Shown: positions 1-11,126, counted from the stretch's first letter. The stretch is DNA of 64,000 bases from Bacillota bacterium (GCA_963666425.2 OY762825.2:544001-608000), one strand, 5' to 3'. Made by a program: numbers and translations. Notes: generated from the sequence alone by a model not told the origin.

Positions 1-1305
1 GAAGCCGTCGCCATCAAAATAGTGCGGTAAGATGGTGAAATAACCGGCATTTTCATATCTCTGTTTCGGTCCGCTGATGGTAAACGGAATCAACTCGGCG
101 GTTGGTTCCTCTGCTAAAAACCACTGGATGTTTTTCTCGTTCTCTTCTTGCTCCAAAGAACAGGTGCTGTAGATGAGGTGGCCGCCCGGTTTCAGACAAG
201 CGTAAGCGTTTTGCAGCAAAGCGCGCTGTAAGTCCACCAGCGAAGCCAACTGTTCGTAGGTTTTGCTCCAGCGGGCATCCACCTTGCGGCGCAGCACACC
301 GGTACCGGAGCAGGGGGCGTCCACCAGAATTTTATCAAAATAAGCTGCCTGCGCCAGAGGTTTGGTGCCGTCGTGAACCTTCGCCTCGATGATCGTAGCG
401 CCGGTACGCCTGGCAGTGGCTGCAATCAAACCAACCCGCTGCTCGTATAAATCGCAGGCGACGATTTCGCCCTGGTTTTGCATCAGCGCGGCCAGATGCG
501 TTGTTTTGCCGCCGGGAGCCGCGCAGTAATCCAATACCCGTTCGCCTGGTTTTGGCGCTAAGGTTTGGGCAATCAGCATGGCGCCGATGTCTTGAATCAC
601 CAGATGCCCGTTTTCTATTTCGCCCATCAGATCGCTGATAGGCGCGTTGATTTGGCAGGCTTGCGGTACCGTTTCGTTAAAAATCGCTTCGATGCCATGG
701 GCGGCAAACCATTGCTGCATGGCTTCCACTGAGCAGCCGAGGGTATTGACGCGGGCAAACAGGTTGGGTGTGAGGTTGTTGGAAGCCAGCAAGTTTTGCG
801 TTTCTTCTATGCCGAAGCGTTTCAGCCAGCGCTGTATCAGCCAGAGCGGATGAGAATAGGTAATGGCAAGAAAGCCGGCTTTACCTTTTTTGGATTTGAC
901 CGTCCAATCGGTTTGGGCTGCCGCTTTGTGCAGAATGGCATTGACCATCCCGGCGGCATAGGGGATTTCCTGCTTGACCAGCTCCACCGTTTGATCCACG
1001 GAAGCGTAGGCCGGGATGCGGTCCATATAATGAATTTGATATAAACCGAGCCGCAGGGAAACAAGAACAGAGAGATCCAATTGCGCTAACGGCCGTGTAC
1101 ACCATTTTAACAAAAAGAAATCCAGCCAGGCTTGCCGTTTCACACAGCCGTAAACCAGTTCGGTATAGAGTCCCCGGTCGGCCGGGATCAGCAGTCCGCT
1201 GTTCAAAACAGACGCTGTTTCCAGATTGACGTAGGACCCCTGTGCGATTTTTATGCAGGACTGCAGGGCAGCCTGTCTGGCGCTTAGGGTTTGAGTCGTT
1301 TGCAA
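1..1305 (-). CDS. rsmB: 16S rRNA m5C967 methyltransferase RsmB/Sun (3' end runs off the window)
   Basis: Not in the ORF track because its stop lies outside the window. Manual translation from TTG at 1305 (GAGG RBS) gives MQTTQTLSARQAALQ, then DYCAAPGGKT, DAPCSGTG, YSTCS, and ...ILPHYFDGDGF at the edge; follows fmt. Confidence 0.93.
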   Translation of the reverse strand, partial: MQTTQTLSARQAALQSCIKIAQGSYVNLETASVLNSGLLIPADRGLYTELVYGCVKRQAWLDFFLLKWCTRPLAQLDLSVLVSLRLGLYQIHYMDRIPAYASVDQTVELVKQEIPYAAGMVNAILHKAAAQTDWTVKSKKGKAGFLAITYSHPLWLIQRWLKRFGIEETQNLLASNNLTPNLFARVNTLGCSVEAMQQWFAAHGIEAIFNETVPQACQINAPISDLMGEIENGHLVIQDIGAMLIAQTLAPKPGERVLDYCAAPGGKTTHLAALMQNQGEIVACDLYEQRVGLIAATARRTGATIIEAKVHDGTKPLAQAAYFDKILVDAPCSGTGVLRRKVDARWSKTYEQLASLVDLQRALLQNAYACLKPGGHLIYSTCSLEQEENEKNIQWFLAEEPTAELIPFTISGPKQRYENAGYFTILPHYFDGDGF

Positions 1306-1365
1306 ATGTTTTCCTCTTTTCTAACCTGTGGAGCAGCGCAAATCCGCTCTCCGAACCTTCTTGCT

Positions 1366-2412
1366 TTAATGTAGTAATTCGCCTTGGATGACTTTATTCC
1401 CTCTGATAAAGGCAGCCGCTGCCATTTTGTTTTTTCCGGCCGGCTGGATTTCGGTCAAGCGCAGCCTGCCGCTGCCGCATTGCACCAGCAAACCATACTG
1501 ATCCGCCTGCAGAATTTCACCGGGCAGAGGCGAGCTGGGTTCGGCTGCGGCGGGTTGAGCTGCGGCGGGCTGAGGCGAACTGGATTCAGCTACGCTAGGT
1601 TGAGCTGAGCTGGATTCAGCTACGCTGGGCTGAGCTGAGCTGGGTTCAACTGTCAGTCTGCTCTGCCAGAGTTTCATGTTTTTACCGCGGAAAAGGCAGA
1701 AGGCTCCCGGTTCAGGATTTAAGCCGCGGATGCGGTTGAAAATTTGTTCCGCACTCTGCTGCCAATTGATTTTCTGGTCTGTCGCAGTGATGGCGGCGGC
1801 ATAGGTAACTTTGCTTTCATCCTGGGGATGCGCCGTGATAGTGTTATTTTCATAACGATCCAGGGTTTCCAGCAGTAGTTTGGCGCCAATTTGTGCCAAT
1901 TTCTCATAGAGGCTGCCCACGGTATCGCTCGCTTCAATGGCGCAGCTTTGCTGCAGCAGCACATCGCCGGCATCCATGGCATGCACCATCAGCATGGTAC
2001 TGACGCCGGTTACCTGATCGCCGTTGAGCATGGCGCGGTGAATCGGTGCGCTGCCCCGATAAGCCGGCAGCAGCGAGGCGTGCAGATTGATGGCGGCCAC
2101 CTTAGCGTGCTGCAGAATCCGATCCGGCAGCAGTTGGCCAAAGGCGGCGGTGATGATGTAATCGGCTTCGCAGGCCAGAATCGGCGCCTGGCTTTGAGCA
2201 GAACGCAATTTTTCCGGTTGGTAGATGGTTTCAATGCCCAGCTGCTGCGCCGCTTGCTTGGTGGCGGACAGACCAAGATGCATACCGCGGCCTTTGGGGC
2301 GGTCGGGTTGGGTGACGACCATCACCACCTGATAAGCGGATTGCACCAGTGCTTTCAATACGGTTGCCGAAAAATCCGGTGTACCCATAAAGATTACACG
2401 TTTTTTACTCAT
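1366..2412 (-). CDS. fmt: Methionyl-tRNA formyltransferase (with low-complexity insertion)
   Basis: IFMGTPDF, VVTQPDRPKGRG, NLHASLLPAYRGSAPI motifs; start moved to ATG 2412, overlapping the def stop. Confidence 0.96.
   Translation of the reverse strand: MSKKRVIFMGTPDFSATVLKALVQSAYQVVMVVTQPDRPKGRGMHLGLSATKQAAQQLGIETIYQPEKLRSAQSQAPILACEADYIITAAFGQLLPDRILQHAKVAAINLHASLLPAYRGSAPIHRAMLNGDQVTGVSTMLMVHAMDAGDVLLQQSCAIEASDTVGSLYEKLAQIGAKLLLETLDRYENNTITAHPQDESKVTYAAAITATDQKINWQQSAEQIFNRIRGLNPEPGAFCLFRGKNMKLWQSRLTVEPSSAQPSVAESSSAQPSVAESSSPQPAAAQPAAAEPSSPLPGEILQADQYGLLVQCGSGRLRLTEIQPAGKNKMAAAAFIRGNKVIQGELLH
1531..1650. repeat. In-frame 30-bp and 15-bp tandem repeats inside fmt
   Basis: TGGATTCAGCTACGCTrGGyTGAGCTGAGC x2 (1581-1640) and GCTGCGGCGGGyTGA x2 (1544-1573), encoding SSAQPSVAES and QPAAA repeats. 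Confidence 0.85.
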
Positions 2413-2935
2413 TTTGCGATTCCTTCGCGGTAAGCGGTGGGTCGGCTTGCGGTGCAGTCGCCGATTCGTCCGCAGCTTCGGCATGGGGATCGGTGAAACG
2501 AATCACTTTATCAACAAAAACCTCGCCGAGCAAATGATCCATCTCATGCTGCAGAATGACGGCCAGCCGTCCTTCACCTTCGATGGTGTATTCTTCTCCA
2601 GAGCGGTTTTGTGCTTTCACGGTAACCTTGGCAAAGCGTTTGACTTCGCCCCAGATGCCCGGGAAGCTCAGACAGCCTTCTTCGGTGATGATTTCGCCCT
2701 CGGCAGCAAGCAGGACGGGGTTAATCAGTTCATAGACTTTTTCTTCAAACTCGATGACGATCACCTGTTTGGAAATGCCGACCTGAGGCGCTGCTAAGCC
2801 AACGCCGAAATACTTATGCATCGTGTCCAGCATATCATCCAATAAGCGGATAGTACCGGCGGTGATTTCCTTGATCGGCAGAGCCGGTTTCCTTAAAATG
2901 CTGGCGTCACGGTATCTCATAAAACGAATTGCCAT
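2405..2935 (-). CDS. def: Peptide deformylase
   Basis: GVGLAAPQ, EGCLS, QHEMDHL motifs. Confidence 0.97.
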   Translation of the reverse strand: MAIRFMRYRDASILRKPALPIKEITAGTIRLLDDMLDTMHKYFGVGLAAPQVGISKQVIVIEFEEKVYELINPVLLAAEGEIITEEGCLSFPGIWGEVKRFAKVTVKAQNRSGEEYTIEGEGRLAVILQHEMDHLLGEVFVDKVIRFTDPHAEAADESATAPQADPPLTAKESQNE

Positions 2936-2979
2936 GGGGTATCTCTCCTTTATTTCTATAAAATAGTAAACTGGAATTG

Positions 2980-4350
2980 GTTACGCGGAACGGTCAAGAC
3001 CGTTCCCTACAATTTACACAATGTGATATCAGCAACACAAAATGATGATGTTACGTTGGGATGGGGTTAGGTTGGGACATCAATTGTTTTCAGCACCAAG
3101 CGATGGAATAATTATAGCACAGCGCAGTAGCAGGATAGCGCAAATGTAGGGAACGGTCTTGACCGTTCCGTACGGTTTAATTACCACCGCGAAATGATGA
3201 AGCCACGCATGGACATCAATTGTTTTCAGTACCAAGCGATGGAATAATTATAGCATATGCAATCGTAGGATAGCGCAAATGTAGGGAACGGTCTTGACCG
3301 TTCCGCACAGTTTAATTACCACCGCAAAATAGTGGAGCTACGTTGGGACATCAATTGTTTTCAGTACCAAGCGATGGAATAATTATAGCATATGCAATCA
3401 TAGGATAGCACAAATGTAGGGAACGGTCTTGACCGTTCCGCACAGTTTAATTACCACCGCAAAATGATTGAGCCACGCAGAGACGGAGTTACGCGGAACG
3501 GTCAAGACCGTTCCGCACAGTTTAATTACCACCGCAAAACGATGGAGCCACGCAGAGACGGAGTTACGCGGAACGGTCAAGACCGTTCCGCACAGTTTAA
3601 TTACCACCGCAAAATGATGAGGTTACGCATGGACATCAATTGTTTTCAGTACCAAGCGATGGAATAATTATAGCACAGCGCAATCGTAGGATGGCGCAAA
3701 TGTAGGGAACGGTCTTGACCGTTCCGCACAGTTTAATTACCACCGCAAAATGATGAAACCAAGCTGGGACGGAGTTACGTTGGGATGGAGTTACGCAGAG
3801 ACGAAGTACGCGGAACGGTCAAGACCGTTCCCTACAATTTACACAATGTTATATCAACACCGAAAAGCAATTGAGCTACGCATGGACATCAATTGTTTTC
3901 AGCACCAAGCGATGGAATAATTATAGCATAGTGCGAAAGCAGGATGGCGCAAATGTAGGGAACGGTCTTGACCGTTCCGCACAGTTTAATTACCACCGCA
4001 AAATAGTGGGGCCACGCTGGGACGGGGTTACGCGGAACGGTCAAGACCGTTCCCTACAATTTACACAATGTTATATCAACACCGGAAAGCAATGGAGTCA
4101 CGCTGGGACGGAGTTACGCGGAACGGTCAAGACCGTTCCCTACAATTTACACAATGTGATATCAGCTACACGAAATGATGATGTTACGTTGGGACGGGGT
4201 TACGCGGAACGGTCAAGACTGTTCCCTACTATTTACACAAAGTAAAATCAACACCGCAAAACGATGAGGTTACGCGGAGACGAAGTACGCAGAGACGGAG
4301 TCACGCGGAACGGTCAAGACCGTTCCCTACAATTTACACAATGTGATATC
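2980..4350. repeat. REP/BIME-like mosaic array 1 (about 13 GTAG-type palindromes in both orientations)
   Basis: Repeated GTAGGGAACGGTCTTGACCGTTCCG or its reverse complement near 2984, 3146, 3281, 3416, 3493, 3568, 3702, 3809, 3955, 4031, 4118, 4203 and 4303, separated by re-used linker modules. Confidence 0.85.
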
Positions 4351-4356
4351 AGCAAC

Positions 4357-4468
4357 ACACTTTCCCTACAGCCACATGGGGTCCAATGTTAAGCCAATTG
4401 CAACACCGCTTTGACACTTTCCCTACAGCCACATGGGATCCAATGTCAAGCTCAATTGCAGCGCCGCG
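4357..4468. repeat. Diverged 57-bp direct duplication of the priA 3' end
   Basis: ACACTTTCCCTACAGCCACATGGGrTCCAATGTyAAGC(T)CAATTGCArCrCCGC begins at 4357 and again at 4414. Confidence 0.85.
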
Positions 4469-6792
4469 GGCAGCGGATTTTTCTGCAGTACCATTTTGAC
4501 ACTTTCCACCAAAACCGGCCGGGTCGGCGCTTCCACTACAATCTGAAAGCGATAACGTTTCTGGATGCAAAACACTCTTGCCTTGGTCGGCCCCATCACT
4601 TCAATTGTGTGATCAAACTGGCTGGCCAAATTTTTCAGCCAGACCTCCGCTGCCGCACCGTCTTCACTGCTGACTAAAATCGTCGCCAAATGGCCGAAAG
4701 GTGGCAGATGATGTTTCTTGCGCTGCTCTATTTCATCCCGATAAAAGGATTTGTAATCGTGTTTACAGACAGCCTGGATGATGGGATGTTCCGGCGAATA
4801 GCTTTGTAAAAAAACCTCGCCCGGAAATTCACCGCGGCCGGCTCGACCGGACACCTGCAGCAGCAGCGAAAACGCATGTTCCCCAGCCAAACCGTCGCTA
4901 TTGCGGATCATGCTGTCGGCCGACAAGATGCCGACGCAGGTGACCAGCGGAAAGTCAAAGCCTTTGGCGACCATCTGCGTGCCAACCAGAATCGCCGCTT
5001 TGGCTTTTTCAAAGCTGCTGACAATGGCGGCGTGGCTGCCTCGCTTGCGGGTACTGTCTCGGTCCATGCGATAGATTGGTACCCCCGGGAATGTTTTTTC
5101 GCACTCCTCCACTACTTTTTCCGTGCCTAGACCAAAGAAACGGAAGTAGGCGGAACCGCAGCGCGGGCAGGTGGGCGGCATATTCTGTTCATAGCCGCAG
5201 AGATGACAGCGCAGTCGCTGCGTATCTCCTTCGTGATGCTGAATGAGAGGTACTTCGCAGTGCGGACATTCTAAAACATAGCCGCAGGAACGGCATAAAC
5301 TCATTCGGTGAAACCCGCGCCGATTGTGAAACAAGATGACCTGTTGATTTTGCGCCAGGGTTTCGCTGATCCGCTGCTTTAAGGCTTCGCTGAAGATGGA
5401 ACGGTTGCCGTTTTTCAGTTCCAACCGCATATCTACCGGAATAATCTGTGGCAGTTGAGCGTCACCGATTCGGTCCTGCATTTCCACCAAGTGGTATTGC
5501 TTCTTTTCCGCCAGATAGTAGCTGGTGACAGCCGGTGTGGCGGAACCGAAAACGACGGCCGCATGATGAAATCTGGCGCGCAGGATGGCTACTTCCCTGG
5601 CGTGATATTTGGGGTCTTCTTCCTGTTTATAGGTCTGCTCATGCTCTTCATCGAGAATGATCAGGCCGATCTTTTCTGCCGGAGCAAAGATCGCGGAGCG
5701 CGCGCCGAGGATAATGCATGTTTCCCCTTTGCGCAGGCGCTGCCAAATTTGCGCCCTTTCTCCCCCGCTTAAACTGCTGTGCCAGATCATCACCCGCTCG
5801 CCGAACCGTTCGCGAAAACGGCTGATCATCTGGGCAGTCAGGGAAATTTCTGGTACCAGCATGATGGCGCTCTTATCGTTCTGCAGCGTTTTGGCTATTG
5901 CCTGCAGGTAAACTTCCGTTTTGCCGCTGCTGGTGACGCCATGGATGAGAATCGGCAGCGGATTTTTCTGTTTCATGGCTTTCAGAACCAATTGCAGCGC
6001 TTGCTGCTGCTGCGCGGTCAGGGTCAGAGCGCTTTGCAGCGGCGTGTCTGCTGTGGGTTCCTGCCAGGTTAAAAACTGCAGTTGCAAGAGTTTTTTTAAG
6101 AAAAGACCGGAGTATTCCGGCCAAGTTTTTACTTCGCTAAAAGGAACCGGTTTTTGATTTTGCAAAAATCTCTGCCAAAGCAGCCTGATTTTACCTCTGC
6201 CCGGTTGATCTTCGCGTTGAATGGCCACCAGCTGACGATATTCCAAAGCGGAATTGAGTTTGATCTGATCGAGATCGGTTAGAAAACCGGCTTCGCGCAA
6301 TTGTTTGACTAATTTCTTGCCAAAGACAGCCGTTATTTTATCTTCCGCAATCGGCTGCTGTGCCTGATCGCACCAGACCAGCGCTTCCTGCATCGCTTCA
6401 CTAAAGGTTTCTTCCGGATCGTTTTCCGCGATCTCGGGATGAAAGTCGAACGAGCGGCTGACTTTGGCTTTGGCGATGGCCGGCAGCACGGCCTGAAAGG
6501 CTGCTGCCCAACTGCAAAGATAGCGGCTGGCCAGCCAATCGATCAGCTGCAGCTGTTCCGCATTCAGAGTCGGTCCGTTTTGGTCGAGCAGCTGACTGAC
6601 CGCGCGCATCTGCACATCCGGTAAGGCGCTGTCTTCTGCTACCACAATTCCCCGGCAGCGGCCGCCCTGCAGCGGGACTTCCACCAAGGAGCCGATGCAG
6701 AGTTTTTCGCTGAGTTCTGGCGGTACAGCATAAGTCAGGCCGCTCTCCAAAGCAGCCACAACCCGATCCAATTTAACACGCACATATTCCAT
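4423..6792 (-). CDS. priA: Primosomal protein N' (replication restart helicase)
   Basis: GVTSSGKTEVY Walker A, DEEH, zinc-binding CxxC clusters, GTQMVAKG; likely start ATG 6792. Confidence 0.96.
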   Translation of the reverse strand: MEYVRVKLDRVVAALESGLTYAVPPELSEKLCIGSLVEVPLQGGRCRGIVVAEDSALPDVQMRAVSQLLDQNGPTLNAEQLQLIDWLASRYLCSWAAAFQAVLPAIAKAKVSRSFDFHPEIAENDPEETFSEAMQEALVWCDQAQQPIAEDKITAVFGKKLVKQLREAGFLTDLDQIKLNSALEYRQLVAIQREDQPGRGKIRLLWQRFLQNQKPVPFSEVKTWPEYSGLFLKKLLQLQFLTWQEPTADTPLQSALTLTAQQQQALQLVLKAMKQKNPLPILIHGVTSSGKTEVYLQAIAKTLQNDKSAIMLVPEISLTAQMISRFRERFGERVMIWHSSLSGGERAQIWQRLRKGETCIILGARSAIFAPAEKIGLIILDEEHEQTYKQEEDPKYHAREVAILRARFHHAAVVFGSATPAVTSYYLAEKKQYHLVEMQDRIGDAQLPQIIPVDMRLELKNGNRSIFSEALKQRISETLAQNQQVILFHNRRGFHRMSLCRSCGYVLECPHCEVPLIQHHEGDTQRLRCHLCGYEQNMPPTCPRCGSAYFRFFGLGTEKVVEECEKTFPGVPIYRMDRDSTRKRGSHAAIVSSFEKAKAAILVGTQMVAKGFDFPLVTCVGILSADSMIRNSDGLAGEHAFSLLLQVSGRAGRGEFPGEVFLQSYSPEHPIIQAVCKHDYKSFYRDEIEQRKKHHLPPFGHLATILVSSEDGAAAEVWLKNLASQFDHTIEVMGPTKARVFCIQKRYRFQIVVEAPTRPVLVESVKMVLQKNPLPAALQLSLTLDPMWL

Positions 6793-6913
6793 CGATTCAA
6801 CTCCATCGTTTGAGAGAATACTCCTGAACCGTCTCATTTTACCTGCTTAAGCCCAAAAATCCTGAGCAAAACTGTCCTGATTGCTCTGATGAACGGATGA
6901 GTACAGCACACTA

Positions 6914-6942
6914 AATGTACTACGGATTCCCCGAATTGTCAA
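6914..6942 (-). promoter_or_regulatory. Putative sigma-A promoter for priA-def-fmt-rsmB
   Basis: Minus strand TTGACA-17 bp-TACATT. Confidence 0.55.
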
Positions 6943-6980
6943 TTCATTTCTAAAGAGCAGCGGCCAAACGCCTGAGACAG

Positions 6981-7016
6981 AAAAAACCGCAGGGGCTTTG
7001 ACGTCCCTGCGATTTT
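6981..7016 (-). terminator. Intrinsic terminator after the ATPase operon
   Basis: Minus strand CGCAGGG...CCCTGCG hairpin followed by a U-run, just after the subunit D stop. Confidence 0.75.
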
Positions 7017-7017
7017 C

Positions 7018-7635
7018 CTATTTGCGAATCAGGTCTTTGATTTTCATCAGGCGGGTGGTAGAAGCGCGTTCCTGTTCGGAAAGCTTCATGGAAATACTCT
7101 TGATGGCGGTTTCCAACTGCGGGATCAAGACATGTTCCAAGGCGTTGACGCGTCTTCTGGTCCGTTCGATCTCCTCGGCCAGCAATTCTACGGAACGTTC
7201 CATGCCGGCCAGTTTGACCATCAGGGAAAGCACTTCGGAGAAAATACCAAGGCTTGCGTCCAGCTCGCTGGAGGTATTGGCTAAGCCGTAAGCATAGACT
7301 TCGCCTTCCTGATGCAGTTCAAACACCGGAGCCGTCAGGTTGAGCATGCGTTTTTCACTCATGGTCAGGCTGACTTGCTGTTTGGGAAACATGATGGCTT
7401 CTTCCAGCATTTCCGGCGACATCACCGCTCTGGCTACCAGGAAGCTGCGGTAGGCTGTGGTCAGTTTGTCGTCCACTTCCCGACGCAGATCGCGCGCCTG
7501 GCGGGTGAGCGCCAGGAAGGTTTTCATCAGTTCATCGCGTTTGTCCTTCAGGAGCTTATGACCGCGCTTTGCGACGGCTGCTCGTTTTTTTAAGCGCAGC
7601 AGCTCCATGCGGGTGGGGTTAACACGAATTTCCAT
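7018..7635 (-). CDS. ntpD: A/V-type ATPase subunit D
   Basis: NPTRMEL, RGHKLLKDKRD, RRRVNALE motifs. Confidence 0.96.
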   Translation of the reverse strand: MEIRVNPTRMELLRLKKRAAVAKRGHKLLKDKRDELMKTFLALTRQARDLRREVDDKLTTAYRSFLVARAVMSPEMLEEAIMFPKQQVSLTMSEKRMLNLTAPVFELHQEGEVYAYGLANTSSELDASLGIFSEVLSLMVKLAGMERSVELLAEEIERTRRRVNALEHVLIPQLETAIKSISMKLSEQERASTTRLMKIKDLIRK

Positions 7636-7650
7636 CTTTATTCACCCCGC

Positions 7651-9033
7651 CTAAGCATCGGTGTCTTTGGGCATATACTTGGCAATATGCTCATCACTTA
7701 CTCTCTTCAGTTCTTCTACCGGCAGCAGCGCCAGCAGTTGCCAAGCCAAATCAAGTGTTTCGATGATGCTGCGGCTTTCATGGTCGCCCTGCCGGACAAA
7801 ACGGTTTTCGAATTCATCGGCGAAGCGATAGAAACTCTTATCTGCATCGGAAAGGGCGGCTTCACCCAGGATGACGGCCAGTTCTTTGGCATCTTTGCCG
7901 CGGCTGTAAGCTGCGAACAATTGGTTCAGGACGCCGCTGTGGTCTTCGCGGGTTTTGCCTTTACCGATACCTTTGTCTTTCAAACGGGAAAGAGACGGCA
8001 GCACGTCGATGGGCGGGTAAATGCCTTTGCGGTGCAGTTCGCGTCCTAAGATAATCTGACCTTCGGTAATATAACCGGTTAAGTCAGGGATCGGATGCGT
8101 TTTATCATCTTCCGGCATGGTCAGAATAGGAATCTGGGTTATGGAACCCGGTTTGCCCTGGATTCTGCCGGCGCGTTCGTAAATACTGGATAAGTCGGTG
8201 TAAAGGTAGCCGGGATAACCGCGGCGGCCGGGAACTTCTTTGCGGGCGGCGGAAATTTCACGCAGCGCTTCGGCATAGTTGGTCATATCGGTGAGGATAA
8301 CCAAAACATGCATGCCTTTTTCATAGGCGAGATATTCTGCGGCAGTCAGCGCCATACGCGGAGTAGCAATTCGCTCGATGGTGGGGTCATTGGCCAGGTT
8401 CATGAACAGAACCGCACGGTCGATGGCGCCGGTCTTGCGGAATTCGCTGATGAAGTAATCGGCTTCTTCAAAGGTAATACCCATGGCGGCAAAGACAACG
8501 GCGAAGCCTTCATTGGTGGAAAGCACCTTGGCCTGGCGGGCAATCTGCGCTGCCAGTTGAGCATGCGGTAAGCCGGAAGCCGAGAAAATCGGCAGCTTTT
8601 GGCCACGCACCAGGGTATTCATGCCATCAATGGTGGAAATGCCGGTCTCGATGAATTCGGAAGGATAAGCTCTGGCGTAGGGATTCATCGGGTTGCCGTT
8701 GATATCAACGCGCTTTTCCGGAATGATGTTGGGACCGTTATCAATGGGACGGCCGAAACCGTCAAAAACGCGGCCCAGCATATCCATAGATACGGGGAGC
8801 TCAATGGATTTACCCAGGAAGCGGACTTTGCTTTCACGGATGTTGATGCCGGAGGTGCCTTCAAAAATCTGCACCAGGGCTTTGCCTTCCATGGCTTCTA
8901 GGACTTTGCCGCGGCGAATCTCACCGTTTGGCAGTTCGATTTCCACCAGCTCTTCGTATTTGACTCCCTCTACTCTCTCCACTAACATTAGGGGGCCGGC
9001 TATTTCGGTTATGGTACGGTATTCTTTTTGCAT
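7651..9033 (-). CDS. ntpB: A/V-type ATPase subunit B
   Basis: [40 protein letters not shown]. Confidence 0.97.
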   Translation of the reverse strand: MQKEYRTITEIAGPLMLVERVEGVKYEELVEIELPNGEIRRGKVLEAMEGKALVQIFEGTSGINIRESKVRFLGKSIELPVSMDMLGRVFDGFGRPIDNGPNIIPEKRVDINGNPMNPYARAYPSEFIETGISTIDGMNTLVRGQKLPIFSASGLPHAQLAAQIARQAKVLSTNEGFAVVFAAMGITFEEADYFISEFRKTGAIDRAVLFMNLANDPTIERIATPRMALTAAEYLAYEKGMHVLVILTDMTNYAEALREISAARKEVPGRRGYPGYLYTDLSSIYERAGRIQGKPGSITQIPILTMPEDDKTHPIPDLTGYITEGQIILGRELHRKGIYPPIDVLPSLSRLKDKGIGKGKTREDHSGVLNQLFAAYSRGKDAKELAVILGEAALSDADKSFYRFADEFENRFVRQGDHESRSIIETLDLAWQLLALLPVEELKRVSDEHIAKYMPKDTDA

Positions 9034-9047
9034 CGTTCTCCCTCCCC

Positions 9048-10799
9048 CTATTTTAGTTGCGCCTGGATATGGCTTTCGATGGCGTCAAAAGCCGGATCAA
9101 GGTCTTTTTCCGGAATGTATTTGGCTCGGGCAATTTCTACCCGCACCGGCAATTTGAGGATTTTTTCCAAGGCAAAGCCGCCGGCCATGGCCAGTTCCGA
9201 TTCCCGGTAGAAGAACAGGATCAGATGCAGCATGCGGAATTGCTTTTTCAGTGACGTGTAGGTATCGATTTCGTGGAAGGCGTTTTGATGTAAAAAGTCT
9301 TCCCGAATGGATTTGGCGGTTTCCAGGGTTAAGCGATCGGAGGGAGACAGTGCATCCAAACCAACCAAACGCACAATTTCATCCAATTCGGCTTCTCTTT
9401 GCAGCAGACGCATGGCATCGCGGCGGGAGTTGGCCCATTCCGCATTGACATGGCGGTCAAAGTAAGTATCCATGCGGTCGCTGTAGAGCGAATAGCTCTG
9501 CAGCCAGTCGATGGCGGGGAAATGGCGCGCTTCGGCGAGGCGGGCGGCCAGAGCCCAGAAAACTTTGACGATACGCAGAGTCGATTGCGCAACCGGTTCG
9601 GAAAGATCACCGCCGGGAGGTGAAACGGCGCCAATGGCGGATAGGGAGCCTTCGCTGCCGCCTAAGGTGACGACTTTACCGGCGCGTTCGTAGAATTCGG
9701 CCAGACGGGAACCCAGATAAGCCGGATAACCTTCTTCGCCGGGCATTTCTTCCAAACGGCCGGACATTTCACGCAGGGCTTCTGCCCAACGGGAAGTGGA
9801 GTCGGCCATTAAAGCGATGGAGTAACCCATATCGCGGTAGTATTCGGCAATGGTGATACCGGTATAGATGGAAGCCTCACGCGCTGCCACAGGCATGTTG
9901 GAGGTATTGGCAATTAAAACGGTACGTTCCATCAAGGGTTCGCCGGAGGTAGGATCTTTTAATTCGGGGAATTCCAGCAGAACATCGGTCATTTCGTTAC
10001 CGCGTTCACCGCAGCCAACATAGACGATGATCTGAGCTTCCGCCCATTTGGCCAGCTGATGCTGCACAACCGTCTTACCGGAGCCGAAAGGACCCGGAAC
10101 ACAGGCGGTGCCGCCTTTGGCGACCGGGAAAAACATATCAATAACACGCTGGCCGCTGGTCAGCGGTTCTGTGGGAGTAAGTTTTTGTTGATACGGCCGT
10201 GGACGGCGCACCGGCCAAAGCTGCAGCATGGCGATTTCTTTTTCGCCCTGTGCCGTTTGGATGCGGGCAATCGGTTCCACGACGGTGGCATCACCGGCAT
10301 GTAACCAGGTCAGGGTGCCGGAAACACCGGGCGGGACCATGATTTTATGCGATACCAAAACGGTTTCCTGCACGGTACCCAACGTCTGTCCGGCTTTTAC
10401 TTCGCTGCCAACAGTGGCAAGCGGTACAAACTGCCAGACTTTCTCGCGGTCGATGCTGTTCACCTGCACACCACGCGGAATGAAGTCGCCCGCAACAGCG
10501 CGGATCTTATCCAGCGGACGCTGAATCCCGTCATAAATGGAGCGCATCAGACCGGGAGCCAGTTCCACGGAAAGCGGTTCGCCGGTGGAAACCACAACTT
10601 CACCGGGGCCGAGGCCGGATGTCTCTTCGTAAACCTGAATGGAAGCCTGGTCGTTACGCATTTCAATGATTTCGCCGACCAGCTGTTGTTTGCCGACCTT
10701 GACCACGTCGTACATTTTGGCATCCTGCATGCCTTTGGCGACGACGAGAGGGCCGGATACTTTGATAATTGTTCCTTGCGACTGAGCAATATTTGCCAT
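9048..10799 (-). CDS. ntpA: A/V-type ATPase subunit A
   Basis: GPFGSGKT P-loop, [21 protein letters not shown]. Confidence 0.97.
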   Translation of the reverse strand: MANIAQSQGTIIKVSGPLVVAKGMQDAKMYDVVKVGKQQLVGEIIEMRNDQASIQVYEETSGLGPGEVVVSTGEPLSVELAPGLMRSIYDGIQRPLDKIRAVAGDFIPRGVQVNSIDREKVWQFVPLATVGSEVKAGQTLGTVQETVLVSHKIMVPPGVSGTLTWLHAGDATVVEPIARIQTAQGEKEIAMLQLWPVRRPRPYQQKLTPTEPLTSGQRVIDMFFPVAKGGTACVPGPFGSGKTVVQHQLAKWAEAQIIVYVGCGERGNEMTDVLLEFPELKDPTSGEPLMERTVLIANTSNMPVAAREASIYTGITIAEYYRDMGYSIALMADSTSRWAEALREMSGRLEEMPGEEGYPAYLGSRLAEFYERAGKVVTLGGSEGSLSAIGAVSPPGGDLSEPVAQSTLRIVKVFWALAARLAEARHFPAIDWLQSYSLYSDRMDTYFDRHVNAEWANSRRDAMRLLQREAELDEIVRLVGLDALSPSDRLTLETAKSIREDFLHQNAFHEIDTYTSLKKQFRMLHLILFFYRESELAMAGGFALEKILKLPVRVEIARAKYIPEKDLDPAFDAIESHIQAQLK

Positions 10800-11126
10800 C
10801 TATTTTCCCTCTTCCTTGAACAGAATGTCCGCACCGACGGCCTTCTCTACCATGCTGCGCATTCTCTTCATCCCGAGACCCAGATTGCCGCGGTTATCGG
10901 GTATGATGTTGATAACGGGCAGACTTCTCTCGCGGAATTCGCGCAAAAGATCAGGAACCAGGGCGTAGGTTCTTTCGGTCATGAAAATCAGAGCATAGTC
11001 TTCTTTCATGACGCTCTGCAATGCTGCAGTGGTGTCTTCACGGGTGATGACTTCGTAGGTTTCAAGACCCAAAGCCCTGAATCCCATGATCGTATCCCGA
11101 TCACCGATTAAGCCGATTTTATACAT
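10800..11126 (-). CDS. A/V-type ATPase subunit F
   Basis: MYKIGLIGDRDTIMGFRALG...VEKAVGADI; start ATG 11126. Confidence 0.93.
   Translation of the reverse strand: MYKIGLIGDRDTIMGFRALGLETYEVITREDTTAALQSVMKEDYALIFMTERTYALVPDLLREFRERSLPVINIIPDNRGNLGLGMKRMRSMVEKAVGADILFKEEGK

Noticed and set aside
2980-4350. CRISPR array, or short ORFs at 3398-3607, 3464-3667 and 3871-4245
   Set aside because: Linkers are re-used and orientation is mixed; the ORFs are translations of the repeats (GTVKTVP, RNGQDRS) with no clear RBS.
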